Below are positions 51,593-61,019 of a stretch of 64,000 bases of DNA, one piece after another. Within the stretch, counting starts at the first letter, position 1. The number at the start of each line of letters is the position of its first letter. Location: IMG/VR virus record IMGVR_UViG_3300025309_000006, positions 62,001-126,000 of that record. One strand, given 5' to 3'. The notes below the pieces were generated by a model, which was given only the letters and a program-made list of their open reading frames with translations, did no database searches and was not told the DNA's origin. The position numbers and the translations under genes were made by a program.

Positions 51593-52228
51593 ATGATTTA
51601 TTTATTAGATGGTTTAGAATTTAATGTTAGTAATATAGTGGAGTTTCTAGACTCTTATCAAAACAAAATTACCTCTTATAATGGATTTAATATGCAACAA
51701 ATAATTCTTGATAAGTTACTCGAAGGAATAAAAACAAATCAATTAATACATACACAATGGTTAAGAGGGATTGGCAAAACTCATACATTAATTGCGTTAG
51801 CAAAAGAAGCAGATTGTATTGTATTAGAACCAAATGTAGCTGTGGCATCTGCTATAGCAAAAAGGGAAAATTATTCAAAAGTATACCCTGCATCCATTGA
51901 TTTTCTGAGAGGTAATACTTTAAGTAATTATGGCTATAGGTACAGCAAAGATAATCCTTTGGAAGTTGTTGTGGACGAAGGAGTAACAAATATTAAAGCT
52001 ATTGAAGATATTGGATTTAAAGTAGTTACTGGATTTTATACTCCTAAGAAAGAAGATGAAATTTCATTTAATGATAAAGTAACGAGAACTCTTATGAATG
52101 AAATTGAAGCTCTTACTCCTAAGTTAGAATTAACAAGGGAAAGTAAAGATTATGGAACATATAAGAATTTAATTAATGCTTATAGAGAGGTGTTAAATCT
52201 TATGAGATATTTTCCAGATAATCATTAA
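51593..52228 (+). CDS. Minimal P-loop NTPase-like protein
   Basis: RGIGKT (Walker A-like) and VVVDE (Walker B-like). Confidence 0.5.
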   Translation: MIYLLDGLEFNVSNIVEFLDSYQNKITSYNGFNMQQIILDKLLEGIKTNQLIHTQWLRGIGKTHTLIALAKEADCIVLEPNVAVASAIAKRENYSKVYPASIDFLRGNTLSNYGYRYSKDNPLEVVVDEGVTNIKAIEDIGFKVVTGFYTPKKEDEISFNDKVTRTLMNEIEALTPKLELTRESKDYGTYKNLINAYREVLNLMRYFPDNH

Positions 52229-52288
52229 ATAATAGCAAACAAATACTCCCAACCGCTTTTGGTGGTTAGGAGTATTTTAATATAATAG

Positions 52289-52537
52289 TTATTTAAGTTT
52301 ATCTAATTCGTCTAAATCAATAATAACTTCCTTAAAAAACATAAGATATCCACATTCAGTACAAATGTAAGTAATAGTTGGGAATGGGCCAGAAATACCA
52401 ATTGCATCAAATTCCATTCTTGCATTCATACCAAAAGTTTTTACTTTTTTAGATTGGCATATTGGACAGGTTTTAGATTGATTAGATATGGTTTGTTTGT
52501 TGATAGTGCGTAGATTTTCTTGTGTAGAATCTTCCAT
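52289..52537 (-). CDS. Zn-ribbon protein
   Basis: CPIC...CTECGY. Confidence 0.6.
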   Translation of the reverse strand: MEDSTQENLRTINKQTISNQSKTCPICQSKKVKTFGMNARMEFDAIGISGPFPTITYICTECGYLMFFKEVIIDLDELDKLK

Positions 52538-52614
52538 ATTATGATTACCTCCCTATGTTTGATGATTATATTTGGTTAATTTAGCATGTCCATTTTGTTG
52601 GATTAATAATTACT

Positions 52615-53424
52615 CTATTTAAATCTAATCTCTTTAACATCAATTAAACAATCTGGATCTATAATAATTTCACTCTCTCCTCTTTTATCAATATAAGCAA
52701 GAATATCTTCAATTTTAATCATTGCTTCATATAACTCTCCCCTATATTTATTGAACCTTGTAGCAAAGAATTTAGCTTTTTCTTTATCAATTGTCCAAGA
52801 AAAAGCTTTTTGATAAGGTGTAGATTTAGTATTTTGTCCTCGATATATTTTGACCAATCCATTAACATCTGGTTTAATATTTTCATTTAAATTTTCTTTA
52901 GGTTTGTATTTGAAAATATTAAGAAAGAAGTCTTTGTTAAGGTTTGAGAAACCATACTCAGAACGGCTGTAGATGTCCTCAAAGCAATCGTATTTCTGTT
53001 CATCAGGTATATCATCAAATGATTGAATATAGAAGTCTAGAGCAATTTTCTTTTCAATAAGGAAAAATAATTTGTTGTATTGCTTTTTAGAGATATAATT
53101 ATTCATACTTTCTTCAATTTTTTCAATTCTCTGTTTAGTATGCCAACTAGTCAATGATTCTATATTGAATACACCTATATCTACCATGACAGGGCCAGAG
53201 ATGTAGGTAAAAGGTGTTAGAAAATTATCAGTAAAGTAGAAGTTAGATATTGGTTTATCAAGGTATTGTACGGCTTCTAGTATGGTTTGATAAGGTGGTA
53301 TTTCATATTCAGTTTCTTCCATTATTTTGATTCTAAATTGATTATCTGAGAAGAGTGATGCAGGGATTAATGAATTTTTGTTTAGGTTTCCATGAGATAG
53401 TTTGAATATGTCGCTTATGTTCAT
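52615..53424 (-). CDS. ADP-ribosyltransferase-fold-like protein
   Basis: IYRG...FSWT....A..FA...ESEII, an R-S-E-like pattern. Confidence 0.5.
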   Translation of the reverse strand: MNISDIFKLSHGNLNKNSLIPASLFSDNQFRIKIMEETEYEIPPYQTILEAVQYLDKPISNFYFTDNFLTPFTYISGPVMVDIGVFNIESLTSWHTKQRIEKIEESMNNYISKKQYNKLFFLIEKKIALDFYIQSFDDIPDEQKYDCFEDIYSRSEYGFSNLNKDFFLNIFKYKPKENLNENIKPDVNGLVKIYRGQNTKSTPYQKAFSWTIDKEKAKFFATRFNKYRGELYEAMIKIEDILAYIDKRGESEIIIDPDCLIDVKEIRFK

Positions 53425-53457
53425 ATTGTTAACTCCTTTGTGTTTATAATGTTTATT

Positions 53458-54507
53458 CTATTTTAATAAGTCGAAATCCATTATTGTTTTCTTGAACCGT
53501 AGATAAAGTTTTCCACACATCTCATCTGCTTCGATTCCAAATATAGATGAATCAACGCCTAACACCTTAATAATTTCTTTAAATTGTGGCAGATTAATTT
53601 TCTTTTTACCTTTTTCAATATTGTATAATTCATCTAATTTTAGATTGGAATTTTTAGTAAAGTTAGATGTAGATATTTTCTTTAACTTTCTTACTCTTTT
53701 AATATTAAATCCCATATAATTGCCATTTTTTATAGCTTGATCAATTTCTAATTGGATATAAAAGTTTTTTGTGCTGATTTGTTTTTCTTTTTCGGTTAAT
53801 GTATCTGGTCGTTTATTATGGTGTTGTTTTAGTTGTTTTGGTTTTTGCGTATTTTTATCTATAGTTAATATATCTGTCCGGCTTTTATTTACAGGAGATT
53901 TGATTGCGAAGTCCATTATACTTGATTTGAATCGTACATACAATTTTCCATAAAGTTCATTTTCTTCAAGATTAAATATAGAATAATCAATATTAAGTGA
54001 ATCATATATTTTTACAAATTCTGATAAACAAATTCTAGTTTTACCAGATTCAATTTTAGTTAGTTCATACGATTTTATACCAATGTTTTCAGATAATTTA
54101 GCAACACTTATTTTCTGTATTTTTCGTATTCTTTTTATGTTAGTTCCCATGTAGTTACCTTTTTCTATTGCTTTTTTAGTTTCTATTTGAAGATAAAAAT
54201 CTTTTGTATTTTTATTAATGATATTTAATTTTTTAGCATTTTTATCATTAAGTCTTTTTACTTTAATTTTACAACGATAACATAAAGAAGATAAGTTTTT
54301 GTATTTAAAAATTTTACCACATTTTTCGCATTTATCATATATTGTAACTTCTTCTTTAATATTTTGAGCACGCAATAAACTTTTATCACAGTCGATACAT
54401 TTTAATGTTGTAGAATTTTCTGGTAATGGTTTAGCACATTTGATACATAAATTGTATGCGATTCTAATTTTTTGAATATCATTATAATTTATAAGATTTA
54501 TGTCCAT
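53458..54507 (-). CDS. Zn-ribbon + tandem XRE HTH regulator
   Basis: CxxC motifs; two internally duplicated HTH modules (GNYMG.NIKR.RK...IE.GK). Confidence 0.75.
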   Translation of the reverse strand: MDINLINYNDIQKIRIAYNLCIKCAKPLPENSTTLKCIDCDKSLLRAQNIKEEVTIYDKCEKCGKIFKYKNLSSLCYRCKIKVKRLNDKNAKKLNIINKNTKDFYLQIETKKAIEKGNYMGTNIKRIRKIQKISVAKLSENIGIKSYELTKIESGKTRICLSEFVKIYDSLNIDYSIFNLEENELYGKLYVRFKSSIMDFAIKSPVNKSRTDILTIDKNTQKPKQLKQHHNKRPDTLTEKEKQISTKNFYIQLEIDQAIKNGNYMGFNIKRVRKLKKISTSNFTKNSNLKLDELYNIEKGKKKINLPQFKEIIKVLGVDSSIFGIEADEMCGKLYLRFKKTIMDFDLLK

Positions 54508-54604
54508 GTGACAACCTCCATTTCGACAATGATGGTTATATTATAGCATATTTAGTTGTTTTGTTCAAATTTGAGGTAATATGAAATTAATAAAATAATA
54601 AAAA

Positions 54605-54725
54605 CAAACAAAAAAGAAACGAAGATTGGCTGTACACACCAAATTCTTCATTTTAGCAGAGACCTTGAGATAATAAAAGCCATTGAGTTAGTTTGAGCTA
54701 GAAGAATGCTGAAAATAACTCAATG
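54605..54725 (-). ncRNA. Candidate structured small RNA
   Basis: Minus-strand TTTACA-N18-TACAAT (TGn) promoter, long hairpin CATTGAGTTA/TAACTCAATG, terminator-like hairpin with U-tract, no ORF. Confidence 0.4.
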
Positions 54726-55003
54726 TGCTTATTGTAGCATGGATTGGGTTGAGTTGTAAAGGTTAGGGTTTTTGGGATGGATATATTATCCCATAAAAGT
54801 ATGTTTTTATTTTGTTTGAAATAATGGTTTTGAAAGTGGCTTATAGCAAGGGTTGTAGAGGTGGTAATTGTTGGGATTTGGGTTATTTGGAGGGATTTTT
54901 GAGGTAAATTAGTTAGAATTTAATATTTTTTATTTTTAAAGAGCTGTTGAGGTTCTTTTTGTTTTGTTTTGTTTGGGTAGAAATTGAAATTGAATTTAAT
55001 ATT

Positions 55004-55110
55004 GGTTGGATAGGAGTCAGGCCAGACTTTTATCTGTAAAACGAGGCACTTGAGTTTTCCTTAGAACTTGAGTGTCTTATTCCAATTGTGGCTCTTATTA
55101 AGGAAAGGGG
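55004..55110 (+). promoter_or_regulatory. Structured leader RNA, copy E
   Basis: P2 GATAGGAGTC-AGGCCA-GACTTTTATC; GTAAAAC linker; long P3 whose loop TTCCTTA complements TAAGGAA at the RBS. Confidence 0.7.
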
Positions 55111-55121
55111 ATAGATTTATT

Positions 55122-56834
55122 ATGGGATTGATAACAAAAGAGGTTTGGGTAGAAGTAGGTAAAAATTTAAAACATTATGAAAAATTAAATTATTTTATAC
55201 CAAAATCAATAAATAAGTACGGAAAATTAACTGTTTCAAGAGGAACTAGAATATTAGTTAAAGTAGAAGATTTGCCTAATCGTTCTGCTGTATTTGTTGA
55301 TTGTGAATGTAACGGTTGCGGAAAAGAAATAAATAGAATACCGTGGTATAATTATAAAAGATCAGTAGTAGACGATAATAAATATTATTGTCATCAATGT
55401 GCAAAGGCTGGTCATAAAGAATGGATAAGTTTCTTTAGATGGTGTTACTTAAATTTATATAAAGAATTAGCAGATTATATTTTATCCAGATGGGATTATG
55501 AATTGAATATTGATAAAAATGGTAAATTAATAACACCAAAAGATATTAGTCATTCATCACAAGGTATTAACGGAAAAGGATATTGGTTTAAGTGTTTAGA
55601 ACATCCAGAGCATCTATCAGAACAGAAAAGTATTAGCGGTTTTGTCGGAGGGACTCGTAGTATTACTTGCAATCAATGTAATAAGGTCTCCATTACATAC
55701 CCTGCTCTCATTAAATATTTAGTAAATGAAGCTGATATGTATAAATACTCTCTTGGTTCAAATGAACAAATCCCTATGAGATGTCCATATTGTGGATATG
55801 AGAAGGATATTACAATTCCTGTTTTTATAAGAGTTGGATTTGGATGTTCAAGATGTTCAGACGGTGTGTCGTTCAGTCAAAAATTTATAGCATGTTTTTT
55901 AGAGCAGATATTAGATAAAGATTTTACAATAGAACTAAGTAAAAAAACTTTAAAATGGTGTGATAACTATAGATATGATTTTTATACAGAAAAATTAAAC
56001 GGAATTATTATAGAGGCAATGGGTATACAGCACTACGAAGAATCTTTTAGAAAAATAAGTAAAAAAGCTAGAAGTTTAGAAGAAGAACAAAAGAATGACA
56101 GAGATAAAGAACAATTAGCAAAAGAAAATAATATTGAAAATTATATAGTTTTGGATTGTAGAAAAAGTGAAATGAATTGGATTAAAAATAGTATCATGAA
56201 TAGTAATTTACCAAAATTATTAAATTTTATGGAAAAAGATATAGATTGGTTGAAATGTGGCGAAGCAGGTTATTCAAGTTTGATTAAGATTGCTTGTGAT
56301 TATTGGAATAGTGGAATAAAGAGTGTCAGAGAGATAGCAGAGAAAATGAAATTACATAGTGCTACAATTTCAAGATATCTTAAACAAGGTACTGAGTTAA
56401 ATTGGTGTGATTATGGTGGGAAAGCAGAGATGTTTCGTAAGGTAATATGTTTAACCACAGGGGAAGTTTTTAATAGTGTTACGGAAGCTGAAAATAAATA
56501 TAATACTTCTCATATTTCAGATTGTTGCAAGGGAAATAAAAAGACATCTGGAAAACTTTTAGATGGAACTAAACTTGTGTGGGTTTATTATGAAGAATAT
56601 ATATTAAGAACAGAGGAAGAAATTACAAGTATTTTAAATAATTCAAAAAATATTCGGAATGTAAAAATAATATGTACAACAACTGGTGAAAAATTTGAAA
56701 AAATATCTGATGCGGAAATCAAATATAATATTTCTGCACAAAGTATATCTAAATGTTGTAAAGGTAAATTAAATTCAGCAGGTAAACATCCCAATACAGG
56801 AGAGAAAATGGTTTGGAAAATATTTGATAAATAA
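55122..56834 (+). CDS. Free-standing homing-type endonuclease (Zn ribbons, nuclease core, HTH, two NUMOD-like repeats)
   Basis: CxxC; YDFY...IIEAMGIQHY; KVICLTTGE.F twice; paralog of 5712..7145. Confidence 0.75.
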   Translation: MGLITKEVWVEVGKNLKHYEKLNYFIPKSINKYGKLTVSRGTRILVKVEDLPNRSAVFVDCECNGCGKEINRIPWYNYKRSVVDDNKYYCHQCAKAGHKEWISFFRWCYLNLYKELADYILSRWDYELNIDKNGKLITPKDISHSSQGINGKGYWFKCLEHPEHLSEQKSISGFVGGTRSITCNQCNKVSITYPALIKYLVNEADMYKYSLGSNEQIPMRCPYCGYEKDITIPVFIRVGFGCSRCSDGVSFSQKFIACFLEQILDKDFTIELSKKTLKWCDNYRYDFYTEKLNGIIIEAMGIQHYEESFRKISKKARSLEEEQKNDRDKEQLAKENNIENYIVLDCRKSEMNWIKNSIMNSNLPKLLNFMEKDIDWLKCGEAGYSSLIKIACDYWNSGIKSVREIAEKMKLHSATISRYLKQGTELNWCDYGGKAEMFRKVICLTTGEVFNSVTEAENKYNTSHISDCCKGNKKTSGKLLDGTKLVWVYYEEYILRTEEEITSILNNSKNIRNVKIICTTTGEKFEKISDAEIKYNISAQSISKCCKGKLNSAGKHPNTGEKMVWKIFDK

Positions 56835-56839
56835 TATTA

Positions 56840-56876
56840 TAGAGAGTAATCACAAAATTAATGTGATTACTCTCTA
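56840..56876. terminator. Bidirectional terminator between convergent units
   Basis: TAGAGAGTAATCACA/TGTGATTACTCTCTA. Confidence 0.75.
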
Positions 56877-56888
56877 TTTTTTACGCTT

Positions 56889-58346
56889 TTAATTTTCCAT
56901 TACATGATTGATAATTAAAGTGGCGATATCCTTCTGAACCTTTGAAGAATTCACAAGTTTCGATCCCTCCCTAAGACAGAAATTCCATATAGGATTACTC
57001 CTACTTAGAAATTTTTTGTCTGACAACTTTGTAAGTCTATTCTCCCAATCATTTTCCTTGCGTAATCTATTAGCAAGAGCAAAGAAACCTGATATAAACA
57101 TATTTTCTAAAATAAAATTCTGCTTTCTTTGTTCCGATTTTGCTTCAATATCAATATTGCCCATTGCTTCAGGGAATATATTACTAATTAATTCATCCCA
57201 AAATTTAACAAGATATAAACCAATCTCTTCTGCTTCTTTTGGATTTAATGCTTTAAATTGTGCTACATTATCAAGTAGAGTTTTATAAGTGATAATTTTA
57301 TTGCTTGATTTTGAAATTGTTCCAGAAACTAACTCTATCTTACCTTTGAGCAAACTTTGATTCGCAATTATGTCAACAATTTTGCGATTTTCATTGAAAA
57401 CATCATGAAAAGCCAACCTAGTACGACTTACAGCCTTACCTTTTGAATTTGCTTCTACAAAAAGATTTTCTGACTCTGAGTGAGACAAATTAAAAATCAC
57501 CACTGGTATATAAAATTCTCTAGGATCTTTTATGCTAAGAGCATCCTTTTTGAATCGTTTAACCCAAATCTTCATACTTTCTAACCTATGGGCTGCATCG
57601 CAGATGGTTAAAGCATGTTGTCCAGATAAAGTATTGTCATCTTCGTTAAAGTGAAGTGGTTCAGGATATTCTTTTGCATAATTTAATAATACTTGACCAG
57701 CATCCATAGAACCGTCTAACATTTTTGATAAGATAGTTTTAACATTGGCAGTATAAATTAATGGTTTTTCCTCTCCTTTTGCGGTGGTACGCGAACCTCT
57801 CTGAACTGAGGGATCGTATATCACTGAAGGAGTTTTTCCAGAGTACATTTCATTTAGTTGATAACAATTTAATGTTGTGATCCATTTGTAAATAGAACCA
57901 TTACGATAAACGGGTTGGCAATTTGGTATTGACCAAAAATATCCATCTTCTTTATTATTGCTTTCTTTCCCAGTCTTAACCTTATTACTTAAACTACCAA
58001 ACACAGGCATATTGGCATTCCCCATATTTCTTTCTCTCATTTTTTTCTTTAGTTCTTCATCAGATTCTACAACTTTATCAATTTTATCAACTTCAATAAT
58101 CTTATCACTCCTATCTTCTTCCCATTTTTCATCCTCATCAATAATTTCATCCAAACTTTCAAATCCTGCTGAAGTTTCACTCATAGTTTTGCTAAATTCT
58201 TGTGTCATCGTATTGATTGCCTCTTCCTTAACTTGATTAACTACATTAGTGTTTGTCTGAGCAAGTCTGTCTCTACTTTTTCTTCCCATGTCTTCTTCTC
58301 CTTCCATAGTTTCCTTGACTAATTTATTAACCATATCAATAATCAT
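56889..58346 (-). CDS. DGQHR/DndB-like (ParB superfamily) protein
   Basis: VQRG...LTICDAAHRL...E..LF..ANSKGKAVS. Confidence 0.65.
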   Translation of the reverse strand: MIIDMVNKLVKETMEGEEDMGRKSRDRLAQTNTNVVNQVKEEAINTMTQEFSKTMSETSAGFESLDEIIDEDEKWEEDRSDKIIEVDKIDKVVESDEELKKKMRERNMGNANMPVFGSLSNKVKTGKESNNKEDGYFWSIPNCQPVYRNGSIYKWITTLNCYQLNEMYSGKTPSVIYDPSVQRGSRTTAKGEEKPLIYTANVKTILSKMLDGSMDAGQVLLNYAKEYPEPLHFNEDDNTLSGQHALTICDAAHRLESMKIWVKRFKKDALSIKDPREFYIPVVIFNLSHSESENLFVEANSKGKAVSRTRLAFHDVFNENRKIVDIIANQSLLKGKIELVSGTISKSSNKIITYKTLLDNVAQFKALNPKEAEEIGLYLVKFWDELISNIFPEAMGNIDIEAKSEQRKQNFILENMFISGFFALANRLRKENDWENRLTKLSDKKFLSRSNPIWNFCLREGSKLVNSSKVQKDIATLIINHVMEN

Positions 58347-58452
58347 AATAAAACCGCCTTTCTATGACTATATCATATTTATACACAAAAACATAGAGAA
58401 TAATACCTAAATTTTCTTAAAAATAAAGAAAAAGAATGATTTCTCATTCTTT

Positions 58453-58620
58453 CTAATCAATAATTATCCCTTTTTCTCTTAGAAAATCCTCTTCTGCAAG
58501 TAATATTTCCTCAATAAGATTCTCGTTAACTCCTGTCCTTTGAGCAATTTGTTGAATCATAAGATCAACATCAATCGTCGGTTTGCTAAAACTATTGATG
58601 ATGTTCCCTAAAATTCCCAT
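58453..58620 (-). CDS. Small hypothetical protein (55 aa)
   Basis: MGILGNIINSFSKP...EEDFLREKGII; RBS AAGGAG. Confidence 0.55.
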   Translation of the reverse strand: MGILGNIINSFSKPTIDVDLMIQQIAQRTGVNENLIEEILLAEEDFLREKGIIID

Positions 58621-58633
58621 TATAGCCATCTCC

Positions 58634-59407
58634 TTATTTCATTTTCCATACCGTGATATCTGGAATTATTCTTATCTTTTTCATATTTGGATATTGAGTA
58701 AAAATATAAAAATTTTCTCTTAATTCTTCTATTTGAGCGATGTTAACTTGTTTGCCTAAGTTAGTTAATCTTCTAAACCCTGCTGAATTAGTTAACCAAA
58801 ACAATTGAGGAAACCCCTTTACCTTCTGAGATACTTTTTCGTAAATATCAATCTTTTCTTTCAGTTGTTTTTTAGATTCTGTCCCTGCGTCAATTTCAAA
58901 TAACAAGGTGGTGTCTTGTTCATCCTTAGTTAACACAATCAATATATCTGATCTAAAAATATATTGCTTACCATTTTCTCTATCCTTGTATTTATAAATG
59001 AATTCAGGTTTATATTGCTTAATAAAAATCTTATTTAAATTTTGCTCCCGAATCAGCAAAGCATAAATTTCATTAACTAATAGTTGATGAGTATAATCTG
59101 AAGGTAGTTTAGATAAATTCACTCCACCAATTTGGCAAAGTAATTTACCTGCCGTAACTAAGGATTCGCCATTTAATGCCACTGGAGTTCTTTTAATAAA
59201 TTCTAATCTTTCTATTTTAGCTAGTCTTCGATTACAAACAGTTAAACTTTGTTTAGATTGAAAGAACATTATTTGAATCTGAGTTCTGGAAAAAATTTTA
59301 AAATCTCTAATACTTCTTATTATCTCTAAATCTCTCCCCGTTAAATGGGCGTACTTTTGTCCCAAAATCAATTTTTCCAACATCAAATCTTTGCTGATCA
59401 TTGTCAA
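58634..59407 (-). CDS. Replication-relaxation (Replic_Relax) family relaxase
   Basis: LT.RD..I...SRTQI...RRL...HQL..NE...RSD...FEIDAGTE....LKEK...Y. Confidence 0.8.
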   Translation of the reverse strand: MTMISKDLMLEKLILGQKYAHLTGRDLEIIRSIRDFKIFSRTQIQIMFFQSKQSLTVCNRRLAKIERLEFIKRTPVALNGESLVTAGKLLCQIGGVNLSKLPSDYTHQLLVNEIYALLIREQNLNKIFIKQYKPEFIYKYKDRENGKQYIFRSDILIVLTKDEQDTTLLFEIDAGTESKKQLKEKIDIYEKVSQKVKGFPQLFWLTNSAGFRRLTNLGKQVNIAQIEELRENFYIFTQYPNMKKIRIIPDITVWKMK

Positions 59408-61019
59408 TCACCTCTATATTAAAATCTGGTTCGGGGATATAATCCGATTCCAAAATTTCTTCCATAATTTCATCAACAGAACGTAAATATTTTTGACTAT
59501 TTTGATTAATAGCATCTGGTATTTGCTTGCGTAAAGGTTTGGTTGGAGGATCACATTTAATAATAGATATACTTTTTTCACTTTTGTATAAAAATCTACA
59601 GAGTGCATGATATTTAGGAAGATTAAGAATAGCATATCTGTTAGACATATCTTTTTCTTCATCTCCTGTTTCAAATTCTTTAAACAGTGTTTGTGCTCCT
59701 CCTCTACCTATAGCAAAAGATATAATCTGAGGTTGTACTTCTAACATCATTCTAATAAGTGATTGAATTTGAGTTTGTTCTGGAGACTGGAAGAAAAAAT
59801 GTAAGCATAGTCGGTATTTTCTTGCTTCTGTTAAAATTTCTTCAATTCCAGCCTCATTTGACAAATACATTTGGGGTTCGTCAAGAAAAAGCATGAAAAT
59901 CCTCCTTTTATTTTTATCTGTAATATCAAATCTTGATAAAGCTGCAATCCAAAACTTAGAAATAATTAGAGGGATCAGTATCTCAATATTAACTTTTCCG
60001 ACAGCAACTTTTGGGGCTTTAATTAAAAGTATTTTTCCTTCATCCATTATCGTCCTGAAGTCAATAGTAGATTTGTTTTGACATATAATTGATTTCAAAT
60101 AATCATTATTAGTAAGATTTCCTACTTTGTTTAACAATGGTTTAATCATATCTCTTTTAACTGATGGAGGTTGGGCTTCAAATCTGTCCCAATATCTAAC
60201 AACAGAAGCGTTCCTTTTGTTTTTTCTTAAAGACTTTACTATTTGTTCACGATATTCTACTTCAGTTAACATTTTGATAATTCCTAAAAGAGTTTTAGGA
60301 TAATCAGTTTGTTTAAGAATCGCGTTCAATGAATTTGATAAAAGATCCTCACTTGCAAAACCTATTTGTTCTCCGAATCTTTTTTTGAAAAATGAAATTA
60401 TCTCTGCATGAATAAAGTGGGGAAACTGTTTCTCAACTTTTTCATCAAATTCTAAGAGATTAATTCCTGGAAGAAAATCTTTATTGGAAAAGTCTAATAA
60501 AACAACATCCTCTAATCTATTTTCTGGGATAGACATTAAAATATTGTCAATTAATGCTCCATCTGCTACGTCTATAACACAAAATCCTGCGGTATTGAAA
60601 TTTTGTAAATTGTTAATTTTAGATATTTGGATTGCAATATTTTCAGCCAAATTTGTCTTGCCACTCCCAGGTGAACCCACGTATATAGAATTTTTGCTAA
60701 GGTCGTCAAAATGATCTATAGGATAACTAATTACATTTTTTGTATTTAAATCTTTGCCCATTACTATACCATTACCTTTGAGTAAAAATTTACTAGGTTT
60801 TAACACTACCCTATCTCCTAACGAATTTTTATCATCGCCAAACTTCAAATTAGGTAATTTATAATCTGGAATACCTTGACCTAAAATACCATTTGAAATC
60901 ATTTGAACTGTATAACCAAGACATCCTAACACAAATTTACTGCTATATAGAGCAGAATATTTTCCTGATTTAATGGTTAAGTCTTTAATCTTATTAATTT
61001 TATCTCCCACTATACTCAA
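59307..61019 (-). CDS. VirD4/TraG-like coupling ATPase
   Basis: GSPGSGKT; VID..G; IDF..IMD.GKILL; LFLDE.Q; EARKYRL. Confidence 0.8.
   Translation of the reverse strand: MSIVGDKINKIKDLTIKSGKYSALYSSKFVLGCLGYTVQMISNGILGQGIPDYKLPNLKFGDDKNSLGDRVVLKPSKFLLKGNGIVMGKDLNTKNVISYPIDHFDDLSKNSIYVGSPGSGKTNLAENIAIQISKINNLQNFNTAGFCVIDVADGALIDNILMSIPENRLEDVVLLDFSNKDFLPGINLLEFDEKVEKQFPHFIHAEIISFFKKRFGEQIGFASEDLLSNSLNAILKQTDYPKTLLGIIKMLTEVEYREQIVKSLRKNKRNASVVRYWDRFEAQPPSVKRDMIKPLLNKVGNLTNNDYLKSIICQNKSTIDFRTIMDEGKILLIKAPKVAVGKVNIEILIPLIISKFWIAALSRFDITDKNKRRIFMLFLDEPQMYLSNEAGIEEILTEARKYRLCLHFFFQSPEQTQIQSLIRMMLEVQPQIISFAIGRGGAQTLFKEFETGDEEKDMSNRYAILNLPKYHALCRFLYKSEKSISIIKCDPPTKPLRKQIPDAINQNSQKYLRSVDEIMEEILESDYIPEPDFNIEVIDNDQQRFDVGKIDFGTKVRPFNGERFRDNKKY

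Noticed and set aside
50515-52256. Shared ACTCCCAACCGC at ~50515 and ~52245 as an att site or target duplication
   Set aside because: Only 12 bp; one copy is coding and the other is a terminator arm; no recombinase nearby.
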